Assembly (NCBI GenBank): GCA_046290465.1
Contig: JBKAGP010000001.1
Location: forward strand, 6,368,001 to 6,432,000
Direction of reading: 5' to 3'
Source: Planctomycetota bacterium
Lineage (GTDB): Bacteria; Planctomycetota; UBA1135; UBA2386
Length of the DNA: 64,000 nt
The translations under genes were made by a program, and so were the position numbers. Position 1 is the first letter of the stretch. Each line of letters starts with the position of its first letter. Below, piece by piece: positions 40,820 to 50,589 of this stretch. Below the pieces are notes generated by a model. The model did no database searches and was not told the origin of the DNA. It saw only the letters and a list, made by a program, of their open reading frames with translations.

Positions 40820-42430
40820 ATGCGTCGAGTCCGAACCCACCTCGCCATGGTCGCCGCGCTGGCGGCTGCGTCCCTCGCCCGGCCGGCCCCTGCGCAGGGC
40901 GTCACCCCGACCGAGTTGTTCCAGGGATCGTTCACCTGGACGCGCGACTACTTCCAGGTCGGCGACACCGTGCATGCCCTGCAGCGCAGCTTCGAAGTGC
41001 GCTATGCGCGTTCGCCCGACGGCGGTCGCACCTGGCCGACCACCGATCTGCTGCTCAACCCGCAGCCGAGCGTCGCGCGCGTCGAGAGCGTCGCCGTCGA
41101 CGGCGACGTGCTGGTGCTCGCCGGGCAGTCGACGCCGATCGCCCAGCAGGGTGGCCCACTGGTCGTGACGTCGGTCGACGGGGGGCTGACGTGGTCCCAG
41201 CCGCAGCAGGTCAATCCGTGGACTTCGCCGTCCGCCACACTGACGACCCCGGCGGTCGGCGTGCACGTCGACGGGCTCGACGTCGTGCTCGTCTGGCTCG
41301 AGACCTGGAGCGGCGAACTGTGGACGCGGCGCTCGACCGATGGCGGCCAGACCTGGCCGTCGGCGCCGATACGCATCGACCAGGGACCGGCCGGGATCGG
41401 CGCCGGCCAGCTGACCGTCTTCGGCAGCGGCGACCTGGTGCTGGCGTTCCGCCGGATGAACGCGCCGCCGCACCGTCTGCAGGTGTCGGCCGATGGTGGG
41501 CAGACCTGGCTCGCGACCGCCACCGCGATCGCCTCGCCGGCCAGCGGTGGCCTCAGCACGCCCCGCACGTTCGTCATCGGGGACGCGAGCAACCTGATCG
41601 CGTCGTTCGACAGCCAGGCGCTGGTGCGCTCGACGGACGGCGGCCTGACGTGGTCGCCGACCTCGCCGCTGACCGGCCACACGATCCGGGCGCTCGCCGG
41701 CGACGGACCGCGGTTGCTGGCGGCCGGTACTCCGGGCGTGTTCGGTGGCCAGACGGTCGAGCTGACGGCGTCGACCGACGGCGGCGCGACCTGGACGCCG
41801 ATCGCGCCGATCGCGATCACCGGTGACGTCGCCGTCGACGTCGGCATCGCCGGCGACGACCTCTACGCGCAGTTCCGCAGCCTGCCCTATGCGGCGCAGA
41901 ACCTGTTGGCGATCTCCGAGGACGACGGCCTGACGTGGGGCGTGCACATGGCCGGCGTGCACGACCTCGCGGTCGACGACCGGCGCGCGATCTCGGTGCG
42001 CTTCGACTACGTGTCGGGCGTGACGTGGTCGTGCAAGGCGTTCGTCGCGCACGGGTGGACGCCGCTGGGCAGCGGCACGCCGGGAACGTCCGGTGCGACG
42101 CCACGGCTGGCGATGGTCGGAGCCCCGCTGGCCGGCCGCAGCGTCGACCTGACGCTGGCCGACGCGCGCGCCAACTCGCTCGCGGCGGTCGGAGTGTCGT
42201 GGCAGGCGCCCGCGGCGATCCCGCTGGCCGGCGGCACGTTGCGGGTCGACGCGCCGCTGCTGCCGCTCGCGGTGGCGCTCGACGCGAACGGCGACGGTGC
42301 GGTGCCGTTGTCGATCCCCAACACCCCGGCCGTCGCCGATCTGCGGCTGGTCGCGCAGGCCGTCGTGCTCGATCCTGCGGCGCAGTCGGGACTGGCGCTG
42401 ACCCGCGCGCTCGAGATCTGGCTGCGCTGA
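40820..42430 (+). CDS. Secreted BNR/Asp-box (sialidase-fold-like) protein with C-terminal domain
   Basis: GGAGG SD, signal peptide ending APAQ, seven Asp-boxes SxDGGxTW (last SEDDGLTW). Confidence 0.85.
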   Translation: MRRVRTHLAMVAALAAASLARPAPAQGVTPTELFQGSFTWTRDYFQVGDTVHALQRSFEVRYARSPDGGRTWPTTDLLLNPQPSVARVESVAVDGDVLVLAGQSTPIAQQGGPLVVTSVDGGLTWSQPQQVNPWTSPSATLTTPAVGVHVDGLDVVLVWLETWSGELWTRRSTDGGQTWPSAPIRIDQGPAGIGAGQLTVFGSGDLVLAFRRMNAPPHRLQVSADGGQTWLATATAIASPASGGLSTPRTFVIGDASNLIASFDSQALVRSTDGGLTWSPTSPLTGHTIRALAGDGPRLLAAGTPGVFGGQTVELTASTDGGATWTPIAPIAITGDVAVDVGIAGDDLYAQFRSLPYAAQNLLAISEDDGLTWGVHMAGVHDLAVDDRRAISVRFDYVSGVTWSCKAFVAHGWTPLGSGTPGTSGATPRLAMVGAPLAGRSVDLTLADARANSLAAVGVSWQAPAAIPLAGGTLRVDAPLLPLAVALDANGDGAVPLSIPNTPAVADLRLVAQAVVLDPAAQSGLALTRALEIWLR

Positions 42431-42545
42431 ACGGGGCGCGCGAACGCGCGTCCCATCCGGTGGTCATCGGTCGGCCATCCGTTGGCGGTCCGTTGACCCG
42501 GTCGGAACGTTCGGTTCCGGGAGCAGACCTTGCGGACCGCGCGCG

Positions 42546-43310
42546 CTACTTGCCGGGCAGCTGCGTCTTCAGGAACGCCATGTCGTTGGCGAACTGGCTC
42601 AGGGCCTCGCGGTCGGCGTCGTTGATCTTCTTGTACTTGGCGGTGATGCGCACGGTGTCGTCGTCGCCCGCCGGCTCGACGCCGCCGGCCTCGGCGACGA
42701 ACTCGAAGAAGCTCTTCTTGATCATCTTGACCTGGAACTTCAGGTGCATCTCGCCGCCGTCGAAGAACAGCGCCTTGGCCTGATCGGCGTTGAAGCCGGC
42801 CTTCGAGCCGTTCCACAAGAACTGCATCTTGTTGCCGTCGACGTTGGCGATCTTGCCGACGAGCACCTTCTTCTTGCTGCCGAGCATCTGGTTGCGGGTG
42901 TCGTCCGAGAACGTCACCAGCACCTTCTCCTGATCGACCGGCGCCTCGCCGGCGAGCTCCTTCTTGTTGAGGTGCTTGATGATCGCCTTGGTGGCAGCAC
43001 CCTCGTCCTCGTGCAGCTCGATCAGCTTGTCGATGCCGACCTTCGTCATCACGTCGCGCACGAACGGCGACGGCTGGGCGACGACCAGCTCCCCGTCCTC
43101 GGCGCGGCAGCGCTTGTGCGCCTTGATGACGGCGCCGAGCGCGGTCGAGTTGATGAACTTGACCAGACGCATGTCCAGGATCAGGTGGTTGACGCCGCGC
43201 TCGAGCAGGTCCTCGACCTCTTCCATCAGGGCGGGGCAGTAGAACGTGTCGAACTCGCCCTTGAGGGTGAGCACCGCGTAGTCGTCGTGCTGGGACTTGT
43301 CGATCTTCAT
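42546..43310 (-). CDS. STAS anti-anti-sigma factor with C-terminal extension (PilZ-like)
   Basis: LKGEFD, ILDMRLVKFINSTALG (phospho-Ser motif), plus about 140 extra C-terminal residues. Confidence 0.8.
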   Translation of the reverse strand: MKIDKSQHDDYAVLTLKGEFDTFYCPALMEEVEDLLERGVNHLILDMRLVKFINSTALGAVIKAHKRCRAEDGELVVAQPSPFVRDVMTKVGIDKLIELHEDEGAATKAIIKHLNKKELAGEAPVDQEKVLVTFSDDTRNQMLGSKKKVLVGKIANVDGNKMQFLWNGSKAGFNADQAKALFFDGGEMHLKFQVKMIKKSFFEFVAEAGGVEPAGDDDTVRITAKYKKINDADREALSQFANDMAFLKTQLPGK

Positions 43311-43504
43311 GGCTTCGCGAGGACCGTCGGGAGAAATCCGGTCCGGGTAGGGGACGCAGGATTCTGGCCCCTCGGCGCGCCGGGCGCAACGTGGACCGCG
43401 CGCATTCCGCCCGATGGGGGCGGGACTTCCGACCTCGCGCGGCAGGATTTCACGGGGCGTTCCGGTGGCCCGGACGTCCCCAGCCGCTAGAGTGCGCGCG
43501 GCAG

Positions 43505-44854
43505 ATGAAGTGGCCCTGGTCCAAGAAGCGTGAAGGCGATCTCCCCGGCGGTGGGCGGCCGGCGGATGACGATGCGATGTCGGCCTCGACGATCCTCACC
43601 GGGGACGCCGAGCAGGACTCGCGGTCGCTCGAGATCCTGCTCGACACGATCGCGGCGGTGACCGCCAACATCGACCTCGACAGCGTGCTGCGCGACATCG
43701 TCTACCGCTCGCTGCAGGTGACCAGCGCCGAGCGCGCGCTGCTGCTGCTCGGCGAGAATCCGGACCAGCTGACGGTCCGCGTCGCGCAGGACAAGGAGGG
43801 CAAGTCGCTCTCCGGCGAACTGCAGTGGAGCCGCAGCCTGGTGCGCCGTTGCCTCGAAGAAGGCGTCGCCGTGCGTTCGGTGGTGCAGTCCGACCAGGAG
43901 GCGCTCGAGATCGGCCGTTCGGTCTACGACCTCAAGCTGCGCGCGGTGATGTGCGCGCCGATGCGGGCGCAGGATCGCACCGTCGGCGTCATCTACGTCG
44001 ACAGCCGCGCGATGCGCCGCGAGTTCTCGGCGCGCGACCTGGCGTTGTTCGGCGCGATCTCCGCGCAGCTGGCGATCGGGGTCGAGAACGCGCGCCTGCA
44101 CGCCGACTCCCTCGAGAAGGCCAAGCTGCAGAAGGACGTCGAGATCGCCCGCAGGATCCAGCAGCACCTGCTGCCGCCGGTGCCCAAGGACTGGCGCGGA
44201 CTCGACATCGGGCTGCGCTACGAGGCGGCCGAGCGGGCCTCCGGCGACACCTACGACTTCGTGCCGATGGCCGGCGGTCGCTACGCGATCATGATCGGCG
44301 ACGTCACCGGCCACGGCGTCGGCGCGGCGCTGCTGACGCACGCGGTGCAGGCGGCGTTGCGCAGCTACCTCGAACTGATCGACGACGCCGCCACCGTCAT
44401 CACCAAGGTCAACCAGCGGCTGGTCGAAGGGGTCGAGACCGGCAACTTCATGTCGCTGCTGCTGCTGATCATCGACCCGGCGAAGCGCACGCTCGAGTAC
44501 GTCAACGCCGGCCACCCGGGCCTGGTCGTGTGCCACCAGGACGGCACCCAGGTGCTCGAGAAGACCGGCATGGTGCTCGGGGTCGTCGGCGACCAGCAGT
44601 ACGAGGCGAGCCCGCTGATCCAGCTGCAGCCGGGCGACCTGCTGTTCACGCATACGGACGGCGTCGACGAGTCGATGTCGCCCGAACGGGAGGTCTTCGG
44701 CGTCGAACGGCTGCACCAGCTCGTCGGCATGTTGCGGCGCGAGGGCTTCACGGCCGATCGTGCGCTGGCCGAGGTCGAGCGGCAGATCCGCGACCACGTC
44801 GGCAGCGATGCGCGCGAGGACGACTTCACGATGATCGCCGTCAAACTGACGTGA
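43505..44854 (+). CDS. GAF + SpoIIE/RsbU-type PP2C phosphatase
   Basis: GAF (AVMCAPM..VGVIYVDS), ARRIQQHLLP, SGDTYDF, IGDVTGHGVGAAL, NAGHP, HTDGVDE, EDDFT. Confidence 0.93.
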   Translation: MKWPWSKKREGDLPGGGRPADDDAMSASTILTGDAEQDSRSLEILLDTIAAVTANIDLDSVLRDIVYRSLQVTSAERALLLLGENPDQLTVRVAQDKEGKSLSGELQWSRSLVRRCLEEGVAVRSVVQSDQEALEIGRSVYDLKLRAVMCAPMRAQDRTVGVIYVDSRAMRREFSARDLALFGAISAQLAIGVENARLHADSLEKAKLQKDVEIARRIQQHLLPPVPKDWRGLDIGLRYEAAERASGDTYDFVPMAGGRYAIMIGDVTGHGVGAALLTHAVQAALRSYLELIDDAATVITKVNQRLVEGVETGNFMSLLLLIIDPAKRTLEYVNAGHPGLVVCHQDGTQVLEKTGMVLGVVGDQQYEASPLIQLQPGDLLFTHTDGVDESMSPEREVFGVERLHQLVGMLRREGFTADRALAEVERQIRDHVGSDAREDDFTMIAVKLT

Positions 44855-45843
44855 GCAAACCCAACCCCAGAGGCAAGCCGGCCGCGCCCGGCAAGCGTTC
44901 TCCGTTCGCCGACCGCCGCCTGCTGCTGCCGATCGGCTTCATCCTGCTGGTGGCGGGCTGGTACGGCTTCCAGTGGTGGCGCGAGAACGCGGGGCGCGCG
45001 GAGCTGCGCCAGCAGCTGCTGCTCGACACCGAGGCGGAGCTGCAGAAGGAGAAGCCCGACAAGGACGTGCTCGGCGACCTGATGGCGCGCTTGACGCGGC
45101 TGCCCGATGCGGCGACCGCGCCCGAACTGCTCGCCGCACAGGCCGAGATCGAGCTGCTGCGCGGCCGGCCGGATCGCGCCGACCGCATGTTCGGTGCGAT
45201 CGCCGCGAGCCCGGGGGCGACGCCGCGCGACCAGCAGCTCGGCGCCCGCATCCTGATCGAGAAGCAGCGCGGCTTCGCCGGCGACGCGGCGACGTCGCAA
45301 GGCATGCTGCAGCAGATCGTGACGTTCTCGGAGAACGCCTACGCCGACAGCGGCAAGGCTGGCGACCTGTTCCGCGCCTGGCAGGCGTGCAAGCGGCTGT
45401 GGGACCACGCGCGCGCCAAGGGGTTCGCCGAGCAGCTGGCGAGCAACCACGCGGACTCCAAGGAGCAGCGCCTGGTGGCGCTGTCGAGCGGGTTCGCTCC
45501 GGCGCGCGACGGGGTCGCGGTCGACGACCTGGCGATCGACTTCGGCGACGACCAGCCCGCGGAGCTCGCGGCGATGCAGACCGCGGTGCTGCTGCAGTCC
45601 GGCAAGCTGCCCGAGGCGCTGGCCAGCGCCGAGCGGGACCTCAACCGGTTCGCCGGTGTCGGCGGCGTGCGCTACGTGCTCGCGATCGTGCTGCACGCCT
45701 GCGCGATGGGCAGCAAGCCGGGGTCGCTCGACCGCGCGACGTTCGTCAAGCGGCGCGACGAGCAGCTGGACTGGCTCGAGGCGCGCGCGCCGGCGGGCGA
45801 AGCGCTGCGCACCAAGTGGCAGCAGATGCGCGCGATCCGGTAG
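44851..45843 (+). CDS. Membrane-anchored helical (TPR-like) hypothetical protein
   Basis: GTG start overlaps the upstream stop, one N-terminal TM, helical repeats. Confidence 0.6.
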   Translation: MSKPNPRGKPAAPGKRSPFADRRLLLPIGFILLVAGWYGFQWWRENAGRAELRQQLLLDTEAELQKEKPDKDVLGDLMARLTRLPDAATAPELLAAQAEIELLRGRPDRADRMFGAIAASPGATPRDQQLGARILIEKQRGFAGDAATSQGMLQQIVTFSENAYADSGKAGDLFRAWQACKRLWDHARAKGFAEQLASNHADSKEQRLVALSSGFAPARDGVAVDDLAIDFGDDQPAELAAMQTAVLLQSGKLPEALASAERDLNRFAGVGGVRYVLAIVLHACAMGSKPGSLDRATFVKRRDEQLDWLEARAPAGEALRTKWQQMRAIR

Positions 45844-45907
45844 GGGCAGGCCGGCTGGTTGCCTGGCAGACCGGTTCGGCTCGCCGGCGGCGCGCCGCAC
45901 GCGGCCG

Positions 45908-46777
45908 TCAGATCGCGAGCGCGATTGCCCCGACGCCGGCGGCCAGCGCGACGAACAGCGGCGCGACCGCGGTCCGGTGCAGGCCGGCGTTCTGCACGAT
46001 GTGGGTCAGGTGGCGGCGGTCGCCGACCCACGGCGGCACGCCGATCACCAGCCGCGCGACCACCACCTGGGTGAAGTCGCAGAGCGGCACGGCGACCGCG
46101 AGCAGCCAGTCGGGGTCGAGCAGCAGCGCCTGCGCCGCCGCGTAGCTGGTGCACAGGCCGAGCGCGTAGGCGCCGCCGTCGCCGAGGAACAGCCGCGGCT
46201 TCGGCCAGTTGAACGGCAGGAAGCCGCACGCCGCGAAGCCGGCCGCGAGCGTGATCGTGCGGGTAGAGCCGTCGGGCAGCGCGGCGAAGCCGAGCAACAG
46301 CAGCATCGCCGCGCTCAGTCCGGCCGCGACGCCGTCGGTGTTGTCGAGGAAGTTGACGGCGTTGGTCAGCACGAACGTGCCCCCGAACACCAGCAGCCAG
46401 CTGCCCGGCTGCTGCAGCGGGTCGACGGTCGCGGTCGCGACCAGCCCGGCCGCGACGAACAGCCCCGCCGCCTTGATGCGCCAGTCGAGGCCGCCGTCGT
46501 CGAGCGGGCCGGCGTGCTCCTTGCGCCGGTCGTCGTCGAAGCCGACCGCGGCGCTGACCAGCACGGCCGCGAGCAGCAGCCAGGCGCCGAACACGCCGCA
46601 CCAGGTCGCGATCGCCGGCACCAGCAGCACGCCCGCCAGCGGGATCGGCCGGCCGTGCGACTTGCGGCCGGGGCGCGGCGGGTCGTCCGGCAACCAGCCG
46701 ACGACGCGGCGGTTGACCTGGTCCCCGATCGCGACCGACGCGGCCGCGATCGCCGCTGCCCACCACGGGTCGATCAT
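45908..46777 (-). CDS. MraY/WecA-family polyprenyl-phosphate sugar-phosphate transferase
   Basis: KSHGRPIPLAG, VGFDDD, NAVNFLDNTDG, FNWPKPRLFLGDGG, GDRRHLTH. ATGA overlap with nadD. Confidence 0.88.
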   Translation of the reverse strand: MIDPWWAAAIAAASVAIGDQVNRRVVGWLPDDPPRPGRKSHGRPIPLAGVLLVPAIATWCGVFGAWLLLAAVLVSAAVGFDDDRRKEHAGPLDDGGLDWRIKAAGLFVAAGLVATATVDPLQQPGSWLLVFGGTFVLTNAVNFLDNTDGVAAGLSAAMLLLLGFAALPDGSTRTITLAAGFAACGFLPFNWPKPRLFLGDGGAYALGLCTSYAAAQALLLDPDWLLAVAVPLCDFTQVVVARLVIGVPPWVGDRRHLTHIVQNAGLHRTAVAPLFVALAAGVGAIALAI

Positions 46778-47373
46778 CGGTAGAGGCCGTTCCTCTGCAC
46801 GTAGTCGGCGACGGCTGCAGGCAGCATCGGTGGGCGGGGTTCGCCCCGGCGCAGCCGTTGGCGCAGGTCGCTGGCGGCGACGTCGTCGGCGGGCAGGTCG
46901 AGCACGTGGGCCAGCAGCGCCTGGCGCTCCTCGCTGCTCAGGTCGAGGGCGCGCAGTCGGGCCTCGTCGATCGGGTAGCCGCGGCGCGGCCAGGTGACGA
47001 CGGTCGCCAGTTCGAGCAGCTGGTGGTGGCCGTACCAGGTCGGCAGCAGCGGCAGGTTGTCGCTGCCGATCAGGAAGAACAACCGGGTGCCGGGCAGCTG
47101 CCGCTGCAGTTCGCGCAGCGTGTCGACCGTGTAGGACGGGCCGTCGCGGTGCAGTTCGCGGTCGTCGACCTCGACGCCGGCGATGCCGTCGAAGGCCAGC
47201 CGGGCCATCGCCAGCCGGTGCTGCGCGGGCGCCATGTCGCGGCCCTGCTTGTGCGGGTGGTCGCCGGACGGGATCGCCAGAAGTCGTTGCACGGGAAGCT
47301 GATCCAGCGCCTGCGCGGCGATCCGTCGGTGGCTCTCGTGGGGCGGGTTGAACGATCCGCCGAGCACCGCCAC
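46774..47373 (-). CDS. nadD: Nicotinate-nucleotide adenylyltransferase
   Basis: LGGSFNPPHESH, HPHK, HRLAM, SYTVDTL, FLIGSD, VADYVQRNGLY. Start uncertain (up to 47439). Confidence 0.9.
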   Translation of the reverse strand: MAVLGGSFNPPHESHRRIAAQALDQLPVQRLLAIPSGDHPHKQGRDMAPAQHRLAMARLAFDGIAGVEVDDRELHRDGPSYTVDTLRELQRQLPGTRLFFLIGSDNLPLLPTWYGHHQLLELATVVTWPRRGYPIDEARLRALDLSSEERQALLAHVLDLPADDVAASDLRQRLRRGEPRPPMLPAAVADYVQRNGLYR

Positions 47374-47619
47374 GCCGGGCTGTGCCGAGGGAGCATGATA
47401 CGGGGTGCCCGATCCAGCGGAGGCCATCTCGCGGTGCACAGTAGAGGGTCGTGCGCGGCGGCAAAAGGGTTTGACCCGCTCGGAGCCGGTCGCCGAAATG
47501 ACGGTTGCGCCGGCTTTTGGGCCTCGCTAGCTTTTGCCCCTCGCGCTTTCTCCCGGCGCGACTGAGACCCCAAACCACCCCTCACCGCGGGCGCCCCTCG
47601 CCCGCACGAGCAACCAACA

Positions 47620-47994
47620 ATGCGTAAGTTCGCTCTCGTCCTTGCTCTGCTCCCCATGGCCGCCTGCTCGACCTTTGGCTGGGAAGGCCAAGGCGCCGGC
47701 CTCACGAAGGAACAGCAGGAGCGTGGCATCAAGGATGTCACCGCCCTCGCCAACGAATACGAAACGCAGTCGTTCTTCCGGAGCGTGCGTCGCCGTAGCG
47801 ACGGCCGCAACAACGCGTTCGGTCGTGACCTGATGAGCATCACGAACTTCTTCGATCGCCACTTCTGGAACTACGACGAGAACGACCCCTACATCAACTT
47901 CCCGAGCCGCACGACCAAGCTCGAGCACCTCGGCCGCTTCGGCCTGAACACGGTGTCCAGCCTGCCGTTGGTCGACGAGATCACCACGCGGTGA
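47620..47994 (+). CDS. Small hypothetical lipoprotein
   Basis: MRK + hydrophobic stretch + MAAC lipobox-like motif, strong codon bias. Confidence 0.65.
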   Translation: MRKFALVLALLPMAACSTFGWEGQGAGLTKEQQERGIKDVTALANEYETQSFFRSVRRRSDGRNNAFGRDLMSITNFFDRHFWNYDENDPYINFPSRTTKLEHLGRFGLNTVSSLPLVDEITTR

Positions 47995-48021
47995 TCGCGT
48001 AGCGATCACCGCGAGGTGATC
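47979..48021 (+). terminator. Hairpin overlapping the lipoprotein stop codon (possible terminator)
   Basis: gatcaccacgcggtgatcgc-gta-gcgatcaccgcgaggtgatc. No U-tract. Confidence 0.45.
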
Positions 48022-48224
48022 CCGGCGACCAAGCCTCTTCTTCGCGGCTGCGGAAGCAACATCCGCGAGGCCCTGCACCGCGGCCCGCTACGCCGCGAAG
48101 CTGCACGCGCTCCGCGCGTGCAGATTGGCGCGCTTCGCGCGCCTGCGCGCTGGGCGCGCGGGCGGACGATGAGGGTGACGCCCCGGCGCGCTACGCGCGC
48201 CACCAAGAACGCCGTGCCGCGGAT

Positions 48225-48329
48225 GTTGCGGTACGGTACGCGGTTCATCCTCCAACTTTCGCGTGTGCCGGGGGTGCGGGGGGTCGGAGGGAGAGTTGCC
48301 GTACGGTACGCGGTTCGTCCTCCAACTTT
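48225..48329 (+). repeat. Family B repeat, two direct 35-bp copies
   Basis: gttgcggtacggtacgcggttcatcctccaacttt (48225-48259) and gttgccgtacggtacgcggttcgtcctccaacttt (48295-48329), 2 mismatches. Confidence 0.85.
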
Positions 48330-48391
48330 GGTGCGCGTTGGTGGATGGAGGGGCGGAGTTGTGGGGCCCGGTGGGAGGGCTGCTCCGGGGG

Positions 48392-49048
48392 CTACTTCCT
48401 GGTCCAGGTGGCCAGGTGGCGGGTGCGGGGGGCTGGCTCGGGCAGGTCGTAGGTGGCCGTCTTGTGGTGTTGGAAGCGGCCGAGCTTCTGGGGGATCTCG
48501 GCGTCGGCCTCGAGCCAGAGGGTGAGGCTGCCGCCTGGGCGGACCAGCGGTTCGGCGAGGTTGGCGACGACTTCGGGGCGGGCGACGGCGCGGGCGGTGC
48601 AGAGGTCGAAGCCGTGGCGGAAGTCCTTGCGCAGCGCGGGCGCCTGGCTGGCGTCCATCTGGATCGTCTCGATGCGGTCGAGGCCGCAGGTCAGCAGGCA
48701 GGTGCCGATGGCGCGGACCTTCTTGCCGGTCTTGTCCATCAGCGTGACGGTCGCGTGCGGCGCCAGGGCCGCGACGCCGACGCCGGGGAAGCCGTTGCCG
48801 GTGCCGAGGTCGAGCACGTGCTGCGGCCGCAACCCGGTCAGCTGGAACGCCAGGCTGTCCAGCGCGTGCAGCACGACCGCGGCCTCGCGATCGCGCACCG
48901 CGGTCAGGTTGATGTGCTGGTTGGTGGCCAGCATCGCGTCGAGGTAGGCGAGCACCTCTTCGGCGGCAGCCTCGTCGACGTCGAGGCCGAGGGCCTTGGC
49001 CTTCGCGATCAGGGATTGCGGGTCGGTGTCGTCGTGCGAACAGCTCAC
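48392..49048 (-). CDS. rsmG: 16S rRNA m7G527 methyltransferase
   Basis: NQHINLTA, HALDSL, LDLGTGNGFPG, KKVRAI, TARAVA. Confidence 0.9.
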   Translation of the reverse strand: MSCSHDDTDPQSLIAKAKALGLDVDEAAAEEVLAYLDAMLATNQHINLTAVRDREAAVVLHALDSLAFQLTGLRPQHVLDLGTGNGFPGVGVAALAPHATVTLMDKTGKKVRAIGTCLLTCGLDRIETIQMDASQAPALRKDFRHGFDLCTARAVARPEVVANLAEPLVRPGGSLTLWLEADAEIPQKLGRFQHHKTATYDLPEPAPRTRHLATWTRK

Positions 49049-49086
49049 GCGGGCGATCTTTGGCGGCGCGCGTCCGCGAAGCAAGC

Positions 49087-50589
49087 TCAGGCGCTCGGTT
49101 CGTCGACGACCGCCTCGGCGGTGGGGGCGGCGGGCGGTTGCGGATCGCCGGAGCTGCGGCGACGCAGCAGGCGCAGCGCCAGCAGGCCGAGCACCGGGCC
49201 GCCGACGACCGCCGAGGTAACCAGACGCCAGACCAACTCGGGCGCGAACAGCAGGTCGACGCCGAGCAGCACCAGCAGCAGCGCGGCCCCGATCAGCAGG
49301 CCGTCTCGCAACTCGTTCAGGAACGCGCGCAGCGGCAGCGACAGGTGCTGCAGCGCGCCGTAGGCCGAGATCGACAGCGCCAGGAAGATCGCGATGCAGG
49401 TCGCGCCGGCAAAGCCGGTGACGCCGAGGAAGTGGGCGGCGGGGATGCCGAGCGCATACATCGCCACGCAGCGGAAGAACTGCGCGCGGCGATCGAGCTG
49501 TGGCTTGCCGACGGCCCACAGCATCGGGCCGATCACGCCGGTCAGGCCGGCGAGGCCGCCGTGCAGCATCAGCAGCGTGAACAAGCCGTCGACGGCGTCG
49601 TAGTTGTCGCCGAACACGACCTTCGGCAGGTCGTCGCCGCACCACGCCATCACCACCGTCATCGGCGTGCCGAGCATCACGTAGGTGTGCACCGCGCGGA
49701 GCCAGGCGCGGCCGAGGCGTTGGTGGTCGTTCTGCAGGTGCGCGTAGGCGGGGAACGCGACCGGGCCGAGCACCTTCAAGAACACCTGCTCGGGGTACTT
49801 GGCGATCCGGCCGGCACCGTCGAACACCGCGACCGCCCCCTTGCCGATTGCCTTCGCCAGCACGAACGCCGGCGCGGTGAAGATCATCAGCAGCAAGAAC
49901 GGCTGGCCCGCGGCGCCCCGGCCGTAGTGGAACAGTTCGCGGAACACCTCGCGATCGATTGCGAAGTTCGGTCGATACGGCGCGATGACGTAGCTGATCA
50001 GCGCCTTGGCCGCGGTCAGGCTCAGGTGGCCGACGACCATCGCCCAGACGTCCTGCCACAAGAACGCCAGCGTCACCGTCAGGGTCTGGCTCAGCAGCAC
50101 GGCGCAGAACTCGCCCGCTGCGACCTGACGGAACGCCAGGCCCTTCATCTTGAGCGCGCGCGCCGGGCTCGTGAGTCCTTCGACCAGGCCGTTGGCGGCG
50201 AGCGCCAGGAACAGGCCCGGCAGCCAGTACCGCGCGTTGGTCTGCTCGTCGCCGAAGAACGACGACAGCGGCCACGCCATCGCGCACAGGACGCCGGTGA
50301 TCAACAGCCCGCGCAGCAAGTGCACGGTGAACACGGTGTCGAGGTAGCGGCGCTCGGCGCCGCGTTGCGACCAGATGGTCGTCTCCTCGCCCATGAACTT
50401 GGTCAGCGCCTCGATCGCGCCGGTGCCCGCGAGCACCACGCCGAACAGGCCGATGTCCTCCTTCTCGAGCTGGCGCCAGACCTGGGTCAGCGCGAACAGC
50501 TGCACCAGCTGCTGCCCCCCGACGCCCAGGAACTGCCAGCCAAGGCTCGTCAGCGTGCGCCTGCGCAGGTCGTGGTCGCTCGGGCTCAT
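49087..50589 (-). CDS. Oligosaccharide flippase (Wzx/MOP family)
   Basis: Many TM segments, TLTSLGWQ, DTVFT, VLGPVAFPAYAHLQ, AVGKP. ATGA overlap with asnB. Confidence 0.85.
   Translation of the reverse strand: MSPSDHDLRRRTLTSLGWQFLGVGGQQLVQLFALTQVWRQLEKEDIGLFGVVLAGTGAIEALTKFMGEETTIWSQRGAERRYLDTVFTVHLLRGLLITGVLCAMAWPLSSFFGDEQTNARYWLPGLFLALAANGLVEGLTSPARALKMKGLAFRQVAAGEFCAVLLSQTLTVTLAFLWQDVWAMVVGHLSLTAAKALISYVIAPYRPNFAIDREVFRELFHYGRGAAGQPFLLLMIFTAPAFVLAKAIGKGAVAVFDGAGRIAKYPEQVFLKVLGPVAFPAYAHLQNDHQRLGRAWLRAVHTYVMLGTPMTVVMAWCGDDLPKVVFGDNYDAVDGLFTLLMLHGGLAGLTGVIGPMLWAVGKPQLDRRAQFFRCVAMYALGIPAAHFLGVTGFAGATCIAIFLALSISAYGALQHLSLPLRAFLNELRDGLLIGAALLLVLLGVDLLFAPELVWRLVTSAVVGGPVLGLLALRLLRRRSSGDPQPPAAPTAEAVVDEPSA

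Noticed and set aside
47340..47373. NadD HxGH motif reading HESH as evidence of inactivation
   Set aside because: Both histidines and the other NadD motifs are retained, so a single substitution is too little to call it inactive.
48225..48362. CRISPR-like repeat-spacer-repeat (35-bp repeats starting GTTG, 35-nt gap)
   Set aside because: There are only two repeats and no cas genes. The 'spacers' resemble each other and the right arm of the 56-kb palindrome, and the same motif appears inverted elsewhere, so it is a REP-like family.
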